DNA from: Eledone cirrhosa
Taxonomy: Eukaryota
Assembly: GCA_964016885.1 (NCBI GenBank)
Contig: OZ024749.1
Span: 32,550,001 to 32,614,000, forward strand
DNA: 64,000 nucleotides
Direction: 5' to 3'
The notes beneath the pieces were generated by a model that worked only from the letters and a program-made list of their open reading frames with translations, did no database searches and had not been told where the DNA came from. The position numbers and the translations under genes were made by a program. This document shows positions 42,027-56,285 of the stretch, in pieces (the stretch's first letter is position 1; each line of letters opens with the position of its first letter).

Positions 42027-42345
42027 TATATTGAGGAACGATCGACTTTCGTCAAATCGGACCGAAGGAACAATGTTTCCGTTGGTCTTTCCAATTGCTA
42101 ATACTATCTATCGGTCACAACTCCAGGTAGAAGGAGCACCGTGAAATAAAGTGTATATATATATATATATATATCTATATATATATTCGATATATCTCAT
42201 ATGAAATAATACAGCCAATTTTCCACACAATACAATTAGTTAGTACCCCGAACGTTTAATTAGGAATATACTCAGGTATTTCCTAATGTTTGTTGAGTGA
42301 GTTGGGATTTGGCCGGAGTATCGCTATTAGCTTTCTCCGATTATG

Positions 42346-42408
<63 letters not shown>

Positions 42409-42613
42409 CGGTCTCTCTCTCTGTGGTTTCTTCCTTAATTTGAATGTTTATCAGGAACCAGTTGCATGAGTGGACATGTGTTTATAGCAGGTGAAGTCTC
42501 TGACGTCAGTGGTTAGACTGCTGCAACTAATTCGGCTCATACTGACGGAAAAGAACAACTATACACATAACCACAAATAATAATACTAATAAAACACATC
42601 AAAGCAAAACCAT

Positions 42614-42675
<62 letters not shown>

Positions 42676-42684
42676 CACACACAC

Positions 42685-42733
<49 letters not shown>

Positions 42734-42765
42734 TATGTCTATGTTCGTTTTTCTTTTTTGTTCAG

Positions 42766-42844
<79 letters not shown>

Positions 42845-42854
42845 TATGTATATA

Positions 42855-42916
<62 letters not shown>

Positions 42917-42972
42917 GATGTATATATATTCATATATGTATATATATATATATGAATATATATATATATATG

Positions 42973-43014
<42 letters not shown>

Positions 43015-43023
43015 TATATATAC

Positions 43024-44010
<987 letters not shown>

Positions 44011-44067
44011 CGTATATATGTATATATATATATATGTATATATGTATATATATACATATATATATAT

Positions 44068-44121
<54 letters not shown>

Positions 44122-44141
44122 ATATATATATATGTATATAT

Positions 44142-44172
<31 letters not shown>

Positions 44173-44772
44173 TACATCTATATTTATTTATCTCCAGACT
44201 CTAGCTATTGACCAGTTAATTTTCTTGATTTTTTAGTTGATTCTATTGACTGATGAATAGCTTATGTTAATTTTAACCCTTCTGTTGAGAACTCTATTCG
44301 ATTTGTGATGTTTTTGCATTCTTGCAAAAATATACACAACTGAATTTATTCGCCTGATATAGGGGCTGCCTCCCTTGCCGATCCCCACGTGGAGTCAGCA
44401 ATAGTCAGTCCTTGTATTAACATTGAACTAAAACCTGTTGAGAAAGTGGCTTCCTTGTTCAATCATCTTACCAGAAGCCTGACATTATTTATGTAAGCGG
44501 ACGGTACTTGATTTAGAAGCCGCAGAAACCCAAATACTGGATTTTACCAACCTTCCAGGGGTCCGGGTAAATTTTCAATACCCGAAGTAATTGATCGTTT
44601 TTTTTTTGGCTATGCGAATGATTGTTTAACCATCGTCTCAGTGTGTTTGGCCTTTAACGTTTGTTATAGCTCTGGTTCATCTGAATCATTGAGCACTTGC
44701 CTCACATCTCGGAGGTTGTTTTTCGTTATTTCGTGGGCCGAAATGCGAATCTCGATGATTTATGTTTGTTTT

Positions 44773-44868
<96 letters not shown>

Positions 44869-44871
<3 letters not shown>

Positions 44872-45469
44872 TGGCTGCCAACTCGTTTTCGAGTACGGCC
44901 ACTACTTCATATCCATGTAGAAGAACCCCTACCGATGCGCTGAACGAGTGTGACTTTTTAGTTCAGCCCAGCGACTTGAAAACTCTGGTACAAACACTGC
45001 ACTTGTGACAATTATTGACACATAGTGCTGCGCCCATGGTACCATGTGATGACAAGTGAAGAGAGATCTCCAGATATAAAGAAATGCCTGTGCCGTGAAG
45101 CTTTTATAGTGAGCAAAGGCACTGCACAAAGCCAGTCCCACTCTCTTAACTAAGATGATATTTATCCACATCATTGGATACCATCAGGGTTGCATGTGTT
45201 ATATCAGAGTTTTCCTTCTCCTAGAATTCTGCCTTGACTTGACAAAGGCTAAGGGGTCATCTCTCCCGGTGATTTTGGATGGCCATTGACTCTTAAGAGC
45301 CCCTTTGCCCTTTGACAGGTTTTGTTTTTAGTCCTGCAGGATGTCCAAAGTCACCCTCCTCACCAAGAAACCTTGGTGGGGTTGCCAGTTTAGTCGCCAA
45401 TGACCCGACCATGAGACAGGTTGTACTGGGATACATGTTACCAGTAGCACCAACTGGTGACCTGACATG
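44869..45469 (-). mobile_element. Second copy of the internally deleted RTE-like element
   Basis: Reverse complement of 30828-31443 with few differences. Confidence 0.7.
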
Positions 45470-45500
45470 AATATATATATACATATATACATATACACAC

Positions 45501-45533
<33 letters not shown>

Positions 45534-45552
45534 CATACATATATATATATAC

Positions 45553-45583
<31 letters not shown>

Positions 45584-45941
45584 CATACATATATACATAT
45601 ACACACACATATATATATACACACATATATATATATACATACATATATATATATATATACATATTTATATACATATATATATATATATATATATACATAT
45701 ATACACATACACACACATATATATATACACATACACACACATATATATACACACACATATATATATATGCATACACACACATATATATATATACATACAC
45801 ACATATATATATATACACACATATATATATATATATACATACACACATATATATATACATATACATATATATATATATATACATATATACATATGCACAC
45901 ACACATATATACATACATACATACATACATACATACATACA

Positions 45942-45973
<32 letters not shown>

Positions 45974-46071
45974 CACATACATATATATATATATACACAT
46001 ACATACATATATACAGAAATATATATATACACATACATACATATATACAGAAATATATGTATGTATATGTT

Positions 46072-46120
<49 letters not shown>

Positions 46121-46295
46121 TAAGAATTCCCATTAAGAATTCCCATTAGCAAAGAACATTTAAACTTGATGATGAAACATGTCTTTTACTTAAAATGTAA
46201 TTCTACGAGTCACCCGATCTAAGGCCACCTGCCTTTCACTTTCCAACTATATATTATTTTTATAAGTAGAAATACCAACAACGGCAGCATGACTT

Positions 46296-46361
<66 letters not shown>

Positions 46362-46480
46362 CCATCGTCAGTATAATCAACATTATTATCATCATCATCA
46401 TCATCATCAGCATCGTCGTCGTCGTTATTGTAGTCATACATCATCATCATCATCATCATTATTTTTAACTTCGGATTAAC

Positions 46481-47190
46481 CGGTGGATTGGCAGTATCGG
46501 TAGAGGGTCGGACGCCATGCTTTGACGCATAGAGTTACGGCCCTTGCCATTCTGAGTTCAAATCTCGCCGCCGAGGTTCACTTTGCCTTTCATCCTTACG
46601 GGGGGGGGGTCGATAAAATAAAGTACCAGTAATACACTGGGTAATTGCTGGCCTTGTGCCAATAGTAGAAACAATTATTTTAAACTTTGCCTTTCATCCT
46701 TCCGGGGTCGATAAAATAAAGTACCAGTAATACACTGGTTAATTGCTGGCCTTGTGCCAATAGTAGAAACAATTATTTTAAACTTTGCCTTTTATCCTTC
46801 CGGGGTCGATAAAATAAAGTACCAGTAATGCACTGGGTAATTGCTGGCCTTGTGCCAATAGTAGAAACAATTATTTTAAACTTTGCCTTTTATCCTTCCG
46901 GGGTCGATAAAATAAAGTACCAGTAATGCACTGGGTAATTGCTGGCCTTGTGCCTAAAGTAGAAACAATTATTATCATCATCATCATCATCAGGGCGGTG
47001 GATTGGCAGTATCGGTAGAGGGTCGGACGCCATGCTTTGACGCATAGAGTTACGGCCCTTGCCATTCTGAGTTCAAATCCCGCCGCCGAGGTTCACTTTG
47101 CCTTTCATCCTTACGGGGGGTCGATAAAATAAAGTACCAGTAATGCACTGGGTAATTGCTGGCCTTGTGCCTAAAGTAGAAACAATTATT
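46481..47190 (+). mobile_element. SINE cluster: full copy, three 98-bp tandem 3' halves, full copy
   Basis: taaactttgcc recurs at 46681, 46779 and 46877. Confidence 0.85.
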
Positions 47191-47510
47191 ATCATCATCA
47201 TCATCATCATCATCATCATCGTCATCGTCAGCTGCAGCAGCAGTATCAACAACAACAGCAACAGAAACAAGAACTTTAACAGCAATAACATCGGTTCAAT
47301 GTAGAACTATATCAGTGTTCCCTTATCTTCTCACTACTAAGGAAATCTTTTATTTAAAGGAATTTTCCCACAGAAAATGTCTGCTCCCCGTTACGCTCCC
47401 ACAATAAAAAAAAAATTGTTCTTTATACAATGATAATAACAATTGAAAGAAAGAAATGTGTATATTTAGAGAAGAATGGATATATAGTAGTGTGTGTATA
47501 TTGTGAATAT

Positions 47511-47694
47511 AATTGTTTCTACGTTAGGCACAAGGCCGACAATTATCCCAGTGCATTACTGGTACTTTATTTTATCGACCTCGTAAGGATGAAAGGCAGA
47601 GTTAACCTAGGCGGGATTTGAACTCAGACCATAAAGGGCCGTAACTCTATGCGTCAAAGCATGGCGTCCGACCTACCGATACTGCCAATCCACC
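47511..47694 (-). mobile_element. tRNA-SINE copy
   Basis: Matches family consensus. Confidence 0.85.
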
Positions 47695-47699
47695 ATAAT

Positions 47700-47862
47700 G
47701 AATTGAAACCATATGGTTCACACATTAAACAGGCGTCAACGTATTTCAAATGAAAGTTTATAAAGAAACTTGCTCAAGGTAACAACTACAATTGCTCAAA
47801 GACGGTTACGATTTGCAGGGCATTGCTGGAGAAAAAAGCAGGAAATTATACGCAAGCTATTA
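47700..47862 (+). pseudogene. RTE-clade LINE C-terminal fragment
   Basis: [29 protein letters not shown] (RRLRFAGH motif). Confidence 0.75.
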
Positions 47863-47907
47863 TACATACATACATACATACATACATACATACATACATA
47901 CACACAT

Positions 47908-47975
<68 letters not shown>

Positions 47976-48209
47976 TTAAAAATAAAAGGAAAGCACAAAC
48001 GGGGGACAAACCCTTCTTCAGTTGTCTGCTGGAGATCACGGACATTTCAACGCATTAAAGACAATATGTCTAACTCCAGTGCGTCAACAACCTTTGTAAG
48101 TTATTGGGGAAGGAAAAAAGGACAGAGAAAAAATAACAGAAGGGGAAAAGGGGAAAAAAACGCAGAGAACATACTCAAAAAGAGGCGAATACGAGGAGAT
48201 AAGTGTGTG

Positions 48210-48262
<53 letters not shown>

Positions 48263-48305
48263 AGATAAATATACACGGGTGTGTATGATTGTGTATAATA
48301 ATTAT

Positions 48306-49050
<745 letters not shown>

Positions 49051-49084
49051 TCAAACTAAATTAACGTACCAATACCGAAAGAAT

Positions 49085-49340
49085 ACATTATATAGATACA
49101 CTACATACCTAAACTGGAGTCAACTTATTACAAATGAAAGTTTATACGGACTCCTGCTCAAGATAACAACCACAATTGCTCAAAGACGGTTGCGATTTGC
49201 AGGGCATTACTGGAGAGGAAAGCAGGGAGTTATACACAAGCTACTGTTGTGAGAACCAACTCACCGTGAGGGATGCAATGAAGGAAGACCTTGAACTTTC
49301 ATTGATCAACTCTCGGGCGATACAAACTAAGAAAGAGTTG
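49085..49340 (+). pseudogene. RTE-clade LINE 3' fragment with microsatellite tail
   Basis: [49 protein letters not shown]...GRP*TFIDQL, followed by the (GAT/GGT)n tract. Confidence 0.75.
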
Positions 49341-49406
49341 CAATGATGATGATGATGGTGGTGGTGGTGGTGGTGGTGGTGGTGGTGGTGGTGGTGGTGG
49401 TTATGG

Positions 49407-49437
<31 letters not shown>

Positions 49438-49532
49438 TATGGTGATGATGATGATGATGATGGTGGTGGTTATGGTGATGATGATGATGGTGATGATGAT
49501 GATGATGATGATGGTGGTGGTTATGGTGGTGG

Positions 49533-49564
<32 letters not shown>

Positions 49565-49646
49565 GTGGTGGTTATGGTGGTGGTGGTGATGATGGTGGAG
49601 GTTGTGGTGATGATGATGATGATAATGATGGCGGTAATGGTGGTGG

Positions 49647-49682
<36 letters not shown>

Positions 49683-49728
49683 CGACGAATTAATTGAAAT
49701 TGTTATATATGTTGTGTGTATATTATGT

Positions 49729-50108
49729 TGGCAGTATCGGTAGAGGGTCGGACGCCATGCTTTGCAGCAAAGAGTTACGGCCCTTTATGATCTGAGTTCA
49801 AATCCCGCCGAGGTTAACTTTGCCTTTCATCCTTGCGGGGTCGATAAAATAAAGTACCAGTAATGCACTGGATAATTGCTGGCCTTGTGCCAAAAGTAGA
49901 AATAATTATGTTTATAAAAAGGCGGTGGATTGGCAGTATCGGTAGAGGGTCGGACGCCATGCGTTGATGCATAGAGTTACGTCCCTTGCCATTCTGAGTT
50001 CAAATCCCGCCTAGGTTAACTTTGCCTTTCATCCTTACGAGGTCGATAAAATAAAGTACCAGTAATACACTGGTAATTGCTGGCCTTGTGCCTAACGTAG
50101 AAACAATT
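49729..50108 (+). mobile_element. Two tandem tRNA-SINE copies
   Basis: Second copy has A-box TGGCAGTATCGG at 49931-49942 and B-box GAGTTCAAATCC at 49996-50007. Confidence 0.88.
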
Positions 50109-50237
50109 ATGTTTATAAAAAAGGTTCTTGATATTTTCGACTTAGCAACCCGGAAACAACAACAACAACAACAACAACAGTGACATCAACAACAGCAGCA
50201 ACAACAACAATGACAGTAACAACAACAATACAATAAT

Positions 50238-50416
50238 AATTGTTTCTACTTTTGGCACAAGGCCAGCAATTATCCCAGTGCATTACTGGTACTTTATTTT
50301 ATCGACCCCGTAAGGATGAAAGGCAAAGTTAACTCCGGCGGGATTTAAACTCGGGCCGTAAAGGGCCGTAACTCTTTGCTGCAAAGCATGGCGTCAGACC
50401 CTCTACCGATACTGCC
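50238..50416 (-). mobile_element. tRNA-SINE copy
   Basis: Matches family consensus. Confidence 0.85.
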
Positions 50417-50629
50417 TAACATCACCATAGTAACAATAATACCAAGAAAAACAATAAAAATAACAAACGTAACACACCTCCACTAACAACAACAACAACA
50501 GTAACACCAACAACAACAACAGCAGTAACAACAACAACAACAGTAACACCAATAACAACAACAACAACATCTACAAATAAGTTTGACGTACACCAACTAA
50601 CTATAGATTACAAGAAGAAGAACAACAAC

Positions 50630-52186
50630 TAACCCACCACAACCACCTCCACCTACACTATCATCACCACTACCACCATCACAACCTACACCACTACCTC
50701 CACCACAACCACATCCGGCAACGCCAGCACCACCACCGCCAACACCTACCACCACTACCACTAACACCACCACCACCACCACATCCACCACAACCACCAC
50801 TACCAACACCAACACTACTACCACTACCACTACCAACATCAAAACCACTACCAACATCAAAACCACTACTACCACCACTACCACTTACACCACCACCGCC
50901 ACCACCACCACTACCAACACCAACACCAACTACCACCACTACTACCACCACTACCACTAATACCGCCACTACTACCACCACTACCACCACTACCACTAAC
51001 ATCACTACCACCACCATCATCACCACTACCAACACCACCCCCACTACCAACACCAAAACCTCTACCACCACTACCACTAACACCACCACCACCACCATCA
51101 CCATCACCATCATCACCATCACCACTACCACTACCACCACTACCACCACTACTACCACCACCACCACCACCACCACCACCACTACCAACACCACCACCAC
51201 TACCACTACAACCACTACTACCACTACCACCACCACCACCACTACTACCACCACCACCACTACCACCACCACTACCACTACTACCACCACTACCACCACC
51301 ACCACCACTACCACCACTACTACCACTACCACCAGCACCACCACCACCACTACCACCACCACCACTACTACCACTACCACCACCACCACCACTACTACCA
51401 CCACAACCACTACCACCACCACTACCACTACTACCACCACTACCACCACCACCACCACTACTACCACTACCACCACCACCACCACTACTACCACCACCAC
51501 CACTACCACCACTACTACCACCACCACCACTACCACCACCACTACCACTACTACCACCACTACCACCACCACCACCACTACTACCACTACCACCACCACC
51601 ACCACTACCACCACCACTACCACTACCACCACCACTACCACCACCACCACCACTACCACCACTACTACCACTACCACCAGCACCACCACCACCACTACCA
51701 CCACCACCACTACTACCACTACCACCACCACCACCACTACTACCACCACAACCACTACCACCACCACTACCACTACTACCACCACTACCACCACCACCAC
51801 CACTACTACCACTACCACCACCACCACCACTACTACCACCACCACCACTACCACCACTACTACCACCACCACCACTACCACCACCACTACCACTACTACC
51901 ACCACCACCACCACTACTACCACTACCACCACCACCACCACTACCACCACCACTACCACTACCACCACCACTACCACCACCACCACCACTATACCACCAC
52001 CACCACCACCACTACCACCACTACCACCACCACCACCACTACCAACACCACCACCACTACCACCACCACCACTACTACCACTACCACCACTACCACCACT
52101 ACTACCACCACCACTACCACTACTACCACCACCACCACCACCACCACCACTACCACTACTACCACCACTACCATCACCATCACCAA
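50630..52186. repeat. (ACC/ACT)n compound microsatellite
   Basis: Directly visible. Confidence 0.95.
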
Positions 52187-52389
52187 CTCGGTATGTGAAA
52201 GATAAAGAAACCAAAGGAAATCTAAGTGATTACGTCACTGACAACAATATTACAGGTGAATTGTTGAAGGAAATCTTAATGACACGTCACTAACAATATC
52301 TTATCTGAAGTGATCAATGAAATCTTAGTAATTACGTCACTAATGATATTATATGTGAACTGTTGATGGAAATAGTGAACGTGTTAATA

Positions 52390-52574
52390 TAATTGTTTCT
52401 ATTTTAGGCACAGGGCCAACGATTACCCAGTACATTACTGGTACTTTATTTTATCGACCCCGTAAGGATGAAAGGCAAAGTCAACCTCAGCGAGATTTGA
52501 ACTCAGATCGTAAAGGGACGTAACTATGCTGGAGAGCATGGCGTCCGACCCTCTACCGATACTGCCAATCCACC
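52390..52574 (-). mobile_element. tRNA-SINE copy
   Basis: Matches family consensus. Confidence 0.85.
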
Positions 52575-52689
52575 GTGTTAATATAATAAAGTTGAACTAG
52601 AACAACAGGAGAAAATATTTCTAAAATGAGCCAAAACAAGCATATGGAATATGTGCAGATGTAAGTGTGTGTACATATATATATATATA

Positions 52690-53260
52690 TTATTGTTCAT
52701 TTTTTGTCGATTCTATTAAATGATGAATAGCTCCTGTTTATTTTAACATGTCTATTGAGCACTCTTATTCGATATGTGTATTTCCACATTTTCCCGAATA
52801 TTTTTTGCGGATATAGAGGTTATCTCCCTTGCTGAATTCCATGTGCGTTTTTTCAACCTGGGTTATGCCTTTTCATTCGTTCGGACAAAAGCTCGTTGAG
52901 GAAGTAAATTCCGGTCCGCTGGCTTCTAGAAGTCTTATATATTTTTATGTGAGCTGATAGAGGGCAGTTTAAGGATTTACAGAAACCCAAGAAGCTAGAT
53001 TTACCATCTTTCTAGCGGGTCCGGGTATGCTTTTTACATTCATTTGATTTATTGATTTATTGATAATTTATCTGAGTGTCCCGAATCTTCCAGATCGCAA
53101 TTTTTCGGTCGTATGGTTGATTATAGACATGTTCTATGTGTGACGGTATTTTAACGATAGTTATAGCTCTGATTTATCTGAATTATTGAGCCCTCTGCCG
53201 CTCATTTCGAATTTTGTTTATCGTGAACTCGTGCGCCGATTTTTCGATACTCGATTATTC

Positions 53261-53262
<2 letters not shown>
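52690..53262. mobile_element. Unclassified TA-flanked interspersed repeat
   Basis: Closely similar to 24172-24290 and more diverged from about 44200-44760. Confidence 0.55.
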
Positions 53263-53300
<38 letters not shown>

Positions 53301-53445
53301 ATGCTTTGGGAGGGTCATGTTGCCAATAAGAAACACACGCACCAGTTGCTTTCACTTCAATTTATTATAACAAAGCATAACATAACAATATCGGTTTCAA
53401 CACACGTTTTAAGATAAAGAATCTTGCTAAACAAATTCACAAACG

Positions 53446-53489
<44 letters not shown>

Positions 53490-53490
<1 letters not shown>

Positions 53491-53925
53491 CAAAAGTTCT
53501 ATTTAAATTGTTGGGATACAACAAGCAAATATTTTTATAACTGATATAAAACAGTCGACAAGTATTTGGAGTAAATATACGATATTAACAAATGGAAACT
53601 ATATTTATAAAACCATATCTATTTTATTATACATATTTCAAGGATACCATGTTAAATTATGGTATGCCTTCATCAGACAAAATACAATATATACCAGTTT
53701 TATAAATAAACATTGACGTACCCTTTCAAAATGCAACCGTTACTTTTGGAAGACATCAGGATGTAACGGTTGCATTTTGTAAGGGTACGTCAATGTTTAT
53801 TTATAAAACTGGTATATATTGTATTTTGTCTGATGAAGGCATACCATAATTTAACATGGAATCCTTGAAATATGTATAATAAAATAGATATGGTTTTATA
53901 AATATAGTTTCCATTTGTTAATATC

Positions 53926-53927
<2 letters not shown>
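53490..53927. mobile_element. Family C long palindrome with hammerheads (53823-53885 +, 53621-53683 -)
   Basis: ATTTTGT CTGATGA AGGCATACCAT..ATGGAATCCTT GAAA TATGTA TA ATAAAAT; arms about 53578-53743 and 53764-53928; tail on the left. Confidence 0.8.
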
Positions 53928-54006
<79 letters not shown>

Positions 54007-54040
54007 TATGCGTGTATATATATATATATATATATACATA

Positions 54041-54140
54041 CAGGGTGTCTCCAAAAAATGCATGTATCTTTGATTACCTGTACAGGCAATATTTATTAGA
54101 ATGCTGCTGAAATATGTACACATATTTTAGGGACTCCCTG
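54041..54140. mobile_element. Tc1/mariner-type MITE
   Basis: TA|CAGGGTGTCTCC ... GGGACTCCCTG|TA. Confidence 0.55.
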
Positions 54141-54428
54141 TATATATATGTGTATGTGTGTATGAGTGTGTATGTGTGTGTTGAGTGTGTGTGTTCGTTT
54201 GTGTGTGTACGTGTCTATGCTTGTAAATATGCATGTAGATACGTATGTATGCACGTATGTAAGTATGTATGTACACATATATATACGTATGTACGTATGT
54301 ATGCATGTACGTACGTATGTATGTATGTATGTATGTACGTATGTACGTAAGGATGTATGCATGTATGTATGTACGTACGTATGTATATACGTTTGTACGT
54401 TTGTATGTATGTAGATACGAATATATGC

Positions 54429-54519
<91 letters not shown>

Positions 54520-54982
54520 TGTGTGTGTGTTAATATAAAAGGTTAAACTAGACCAAAAGGAGCAACTATTTCTAAACAGAGTCAAACAACCATGTCTTAA
54601 TATGCAATAATGGCAAACCACAAATTACTCAACCATATAACAAATTTATAATTTTATTGTATATTGCAATAGTATGTCCAAAATACAGGACATTCTTTGT
54701 ATTATCACACAGCCTCATTCTCTCTTGTGGATCTACTAGAAACTGCTAAACTAGTTCCTCTTATATTGTGCATCATCAAAAGCAAAGTCCTGAAACTTTG
54801 AAACTTTTTAGTCACCTAAAATTTTCATAAAAGGATCTTTCTGAAACCCCCCCCCCCACCCTTCTCTCTCTTTTTCTCTCTCTCTGTATATATATATATA
54901 TGAGTGCTTTGCTACTCATTCCTTATTGTAGGTCAGCTTTGCTTGGCCACAGCCAAAGCTTCGATTTTACTAAGCTTCCACT

Positions 54983-55017
<35 letters not shown>

Positions 55018-55058
55018 AAGAACACAAGAGCGTCTACAACATCAAAAGATTTTTATTG

Positions 55059-55105
55059 GCTAACAATGTTTCTTCCTTACGTGTAACCGTAGGATTCATC
55101 AGAGC
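55059..55105 (-). ncRNA. Type I hammerhead motif in a TA-flanked fragment
   Basis: Minus strand GCT CTGATGA ATCCTACG GTTACA CGTAAGGAA GAAA CATTG TT AGC; putative GUU site. Confidence 0.65.
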
Positions 55106-55143
55106 TATAAAAGGGGTTTGATTGGTGTTATGGACTCTACCAA

Positions 55144-55179
<36 letters not shown>

Positions 55180-55212
55180 AAGAAATTAAAAGATGGTTAA
55201 AAATGTTCCATG

Positions 55213-55283
55213 TATTTTATTATGCGCATTTCAAAAACATATATCATCCTGGGACGATATTTGCGTTCTCATCAGATAAAATA
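55213..55283 (-). ncRNA. Type I hammerhead motif with 8-bp stem I and palindromic stem III
   Basis: Minus strand TATTTTAT CTGATGA GAACGCAA ATATCGTC CCAG GATGATAT ATGTTTTT GAAA TGCGCA TA ATAAAATA. Confidence 0.75.
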
Positions 55284-55502
55284 GGGAGACATGATATGAT
55301 GCTTAAAAAAAACACTTGTGAACAAGGTAGTGTCTAATCAACATATGATAAATAAATTTAAAAGGATATAGGAGATTGGAAAAAAAGGGAAGGAAGGGGG
55401 AAAAAAGGAATTTCTTCTTATATATACTTCAGTCCAATAAACTGTTGAGTGCTACTTATCCGATATTTGCATTGCTTTATTGTTCTACAATAAAAATCAC
55501 CT

Positions 55503-55605
<103 letters not shown>

Positions 55606-55681
55606 ATATATTTATTTATATATATTTGTGTGTGTTTGTATAGATGTACCAACACGTATATTTCTGCAACTATCTACATGA

Positions 55682-55788
<107 letters not shown>

Positions 55789-56285
55789 GTGAGAGAGTGA
55801 GAGAGAGAGTGAGAGAGTGAGAGAGAGAGTGAGAGAGAGAGAGGGGGGGGGGGGATAAACTAGGAGCAACAAAGTACAAATCCTTCATTCGCATTACGCT
55901 AAACCCATGGCTTCTAAATCTCTCTTATCCACCGGAGTTCAGCAGATTAATTTATAAATCATAAAAATTACCATTTTGGTACGAGACTCAGTAAGAGTGA
56001 TGGAGAACATCTCCCACATGTGTGACCCTACGAATTTAGAGAGAGAGAGTGAGAGAGAGAGAGAGAGAGGGAGAGAGAGAGAGAGAGAGAAACTACATCA
56101 TCCACAGCAGCCTTTTCTCCCGATATAACGAATGAGATGGAATAAGAGTATTCAAAGAAGCCAGGACAAAACTAAAACAATCATAGAAAATTATGCTCCT
56201 TATATAGGAGCAAATCATGGAACCGAAATAGGGAAAACAAATTTATCAAAACAAAAATTTCCCAGATTGTGTTAGTGTTCATATC

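Noticed and set aside
46163-46187. CTTGATGATGAAACATGTC
   Set aside because: No stem II and an altered core; may be chance.
47995-48025. Minus-strand ACAA CTGAAGA AGGG TTTG TCCC..CGTTTGT
   Set aside because: GAAA is missing; at most a dead hammerhead relic.
50597-52214. Poly-Val/Gly ORFs and similar YI, CV and HT ORFs across the window
   Set aside because: Microsatellite translations.
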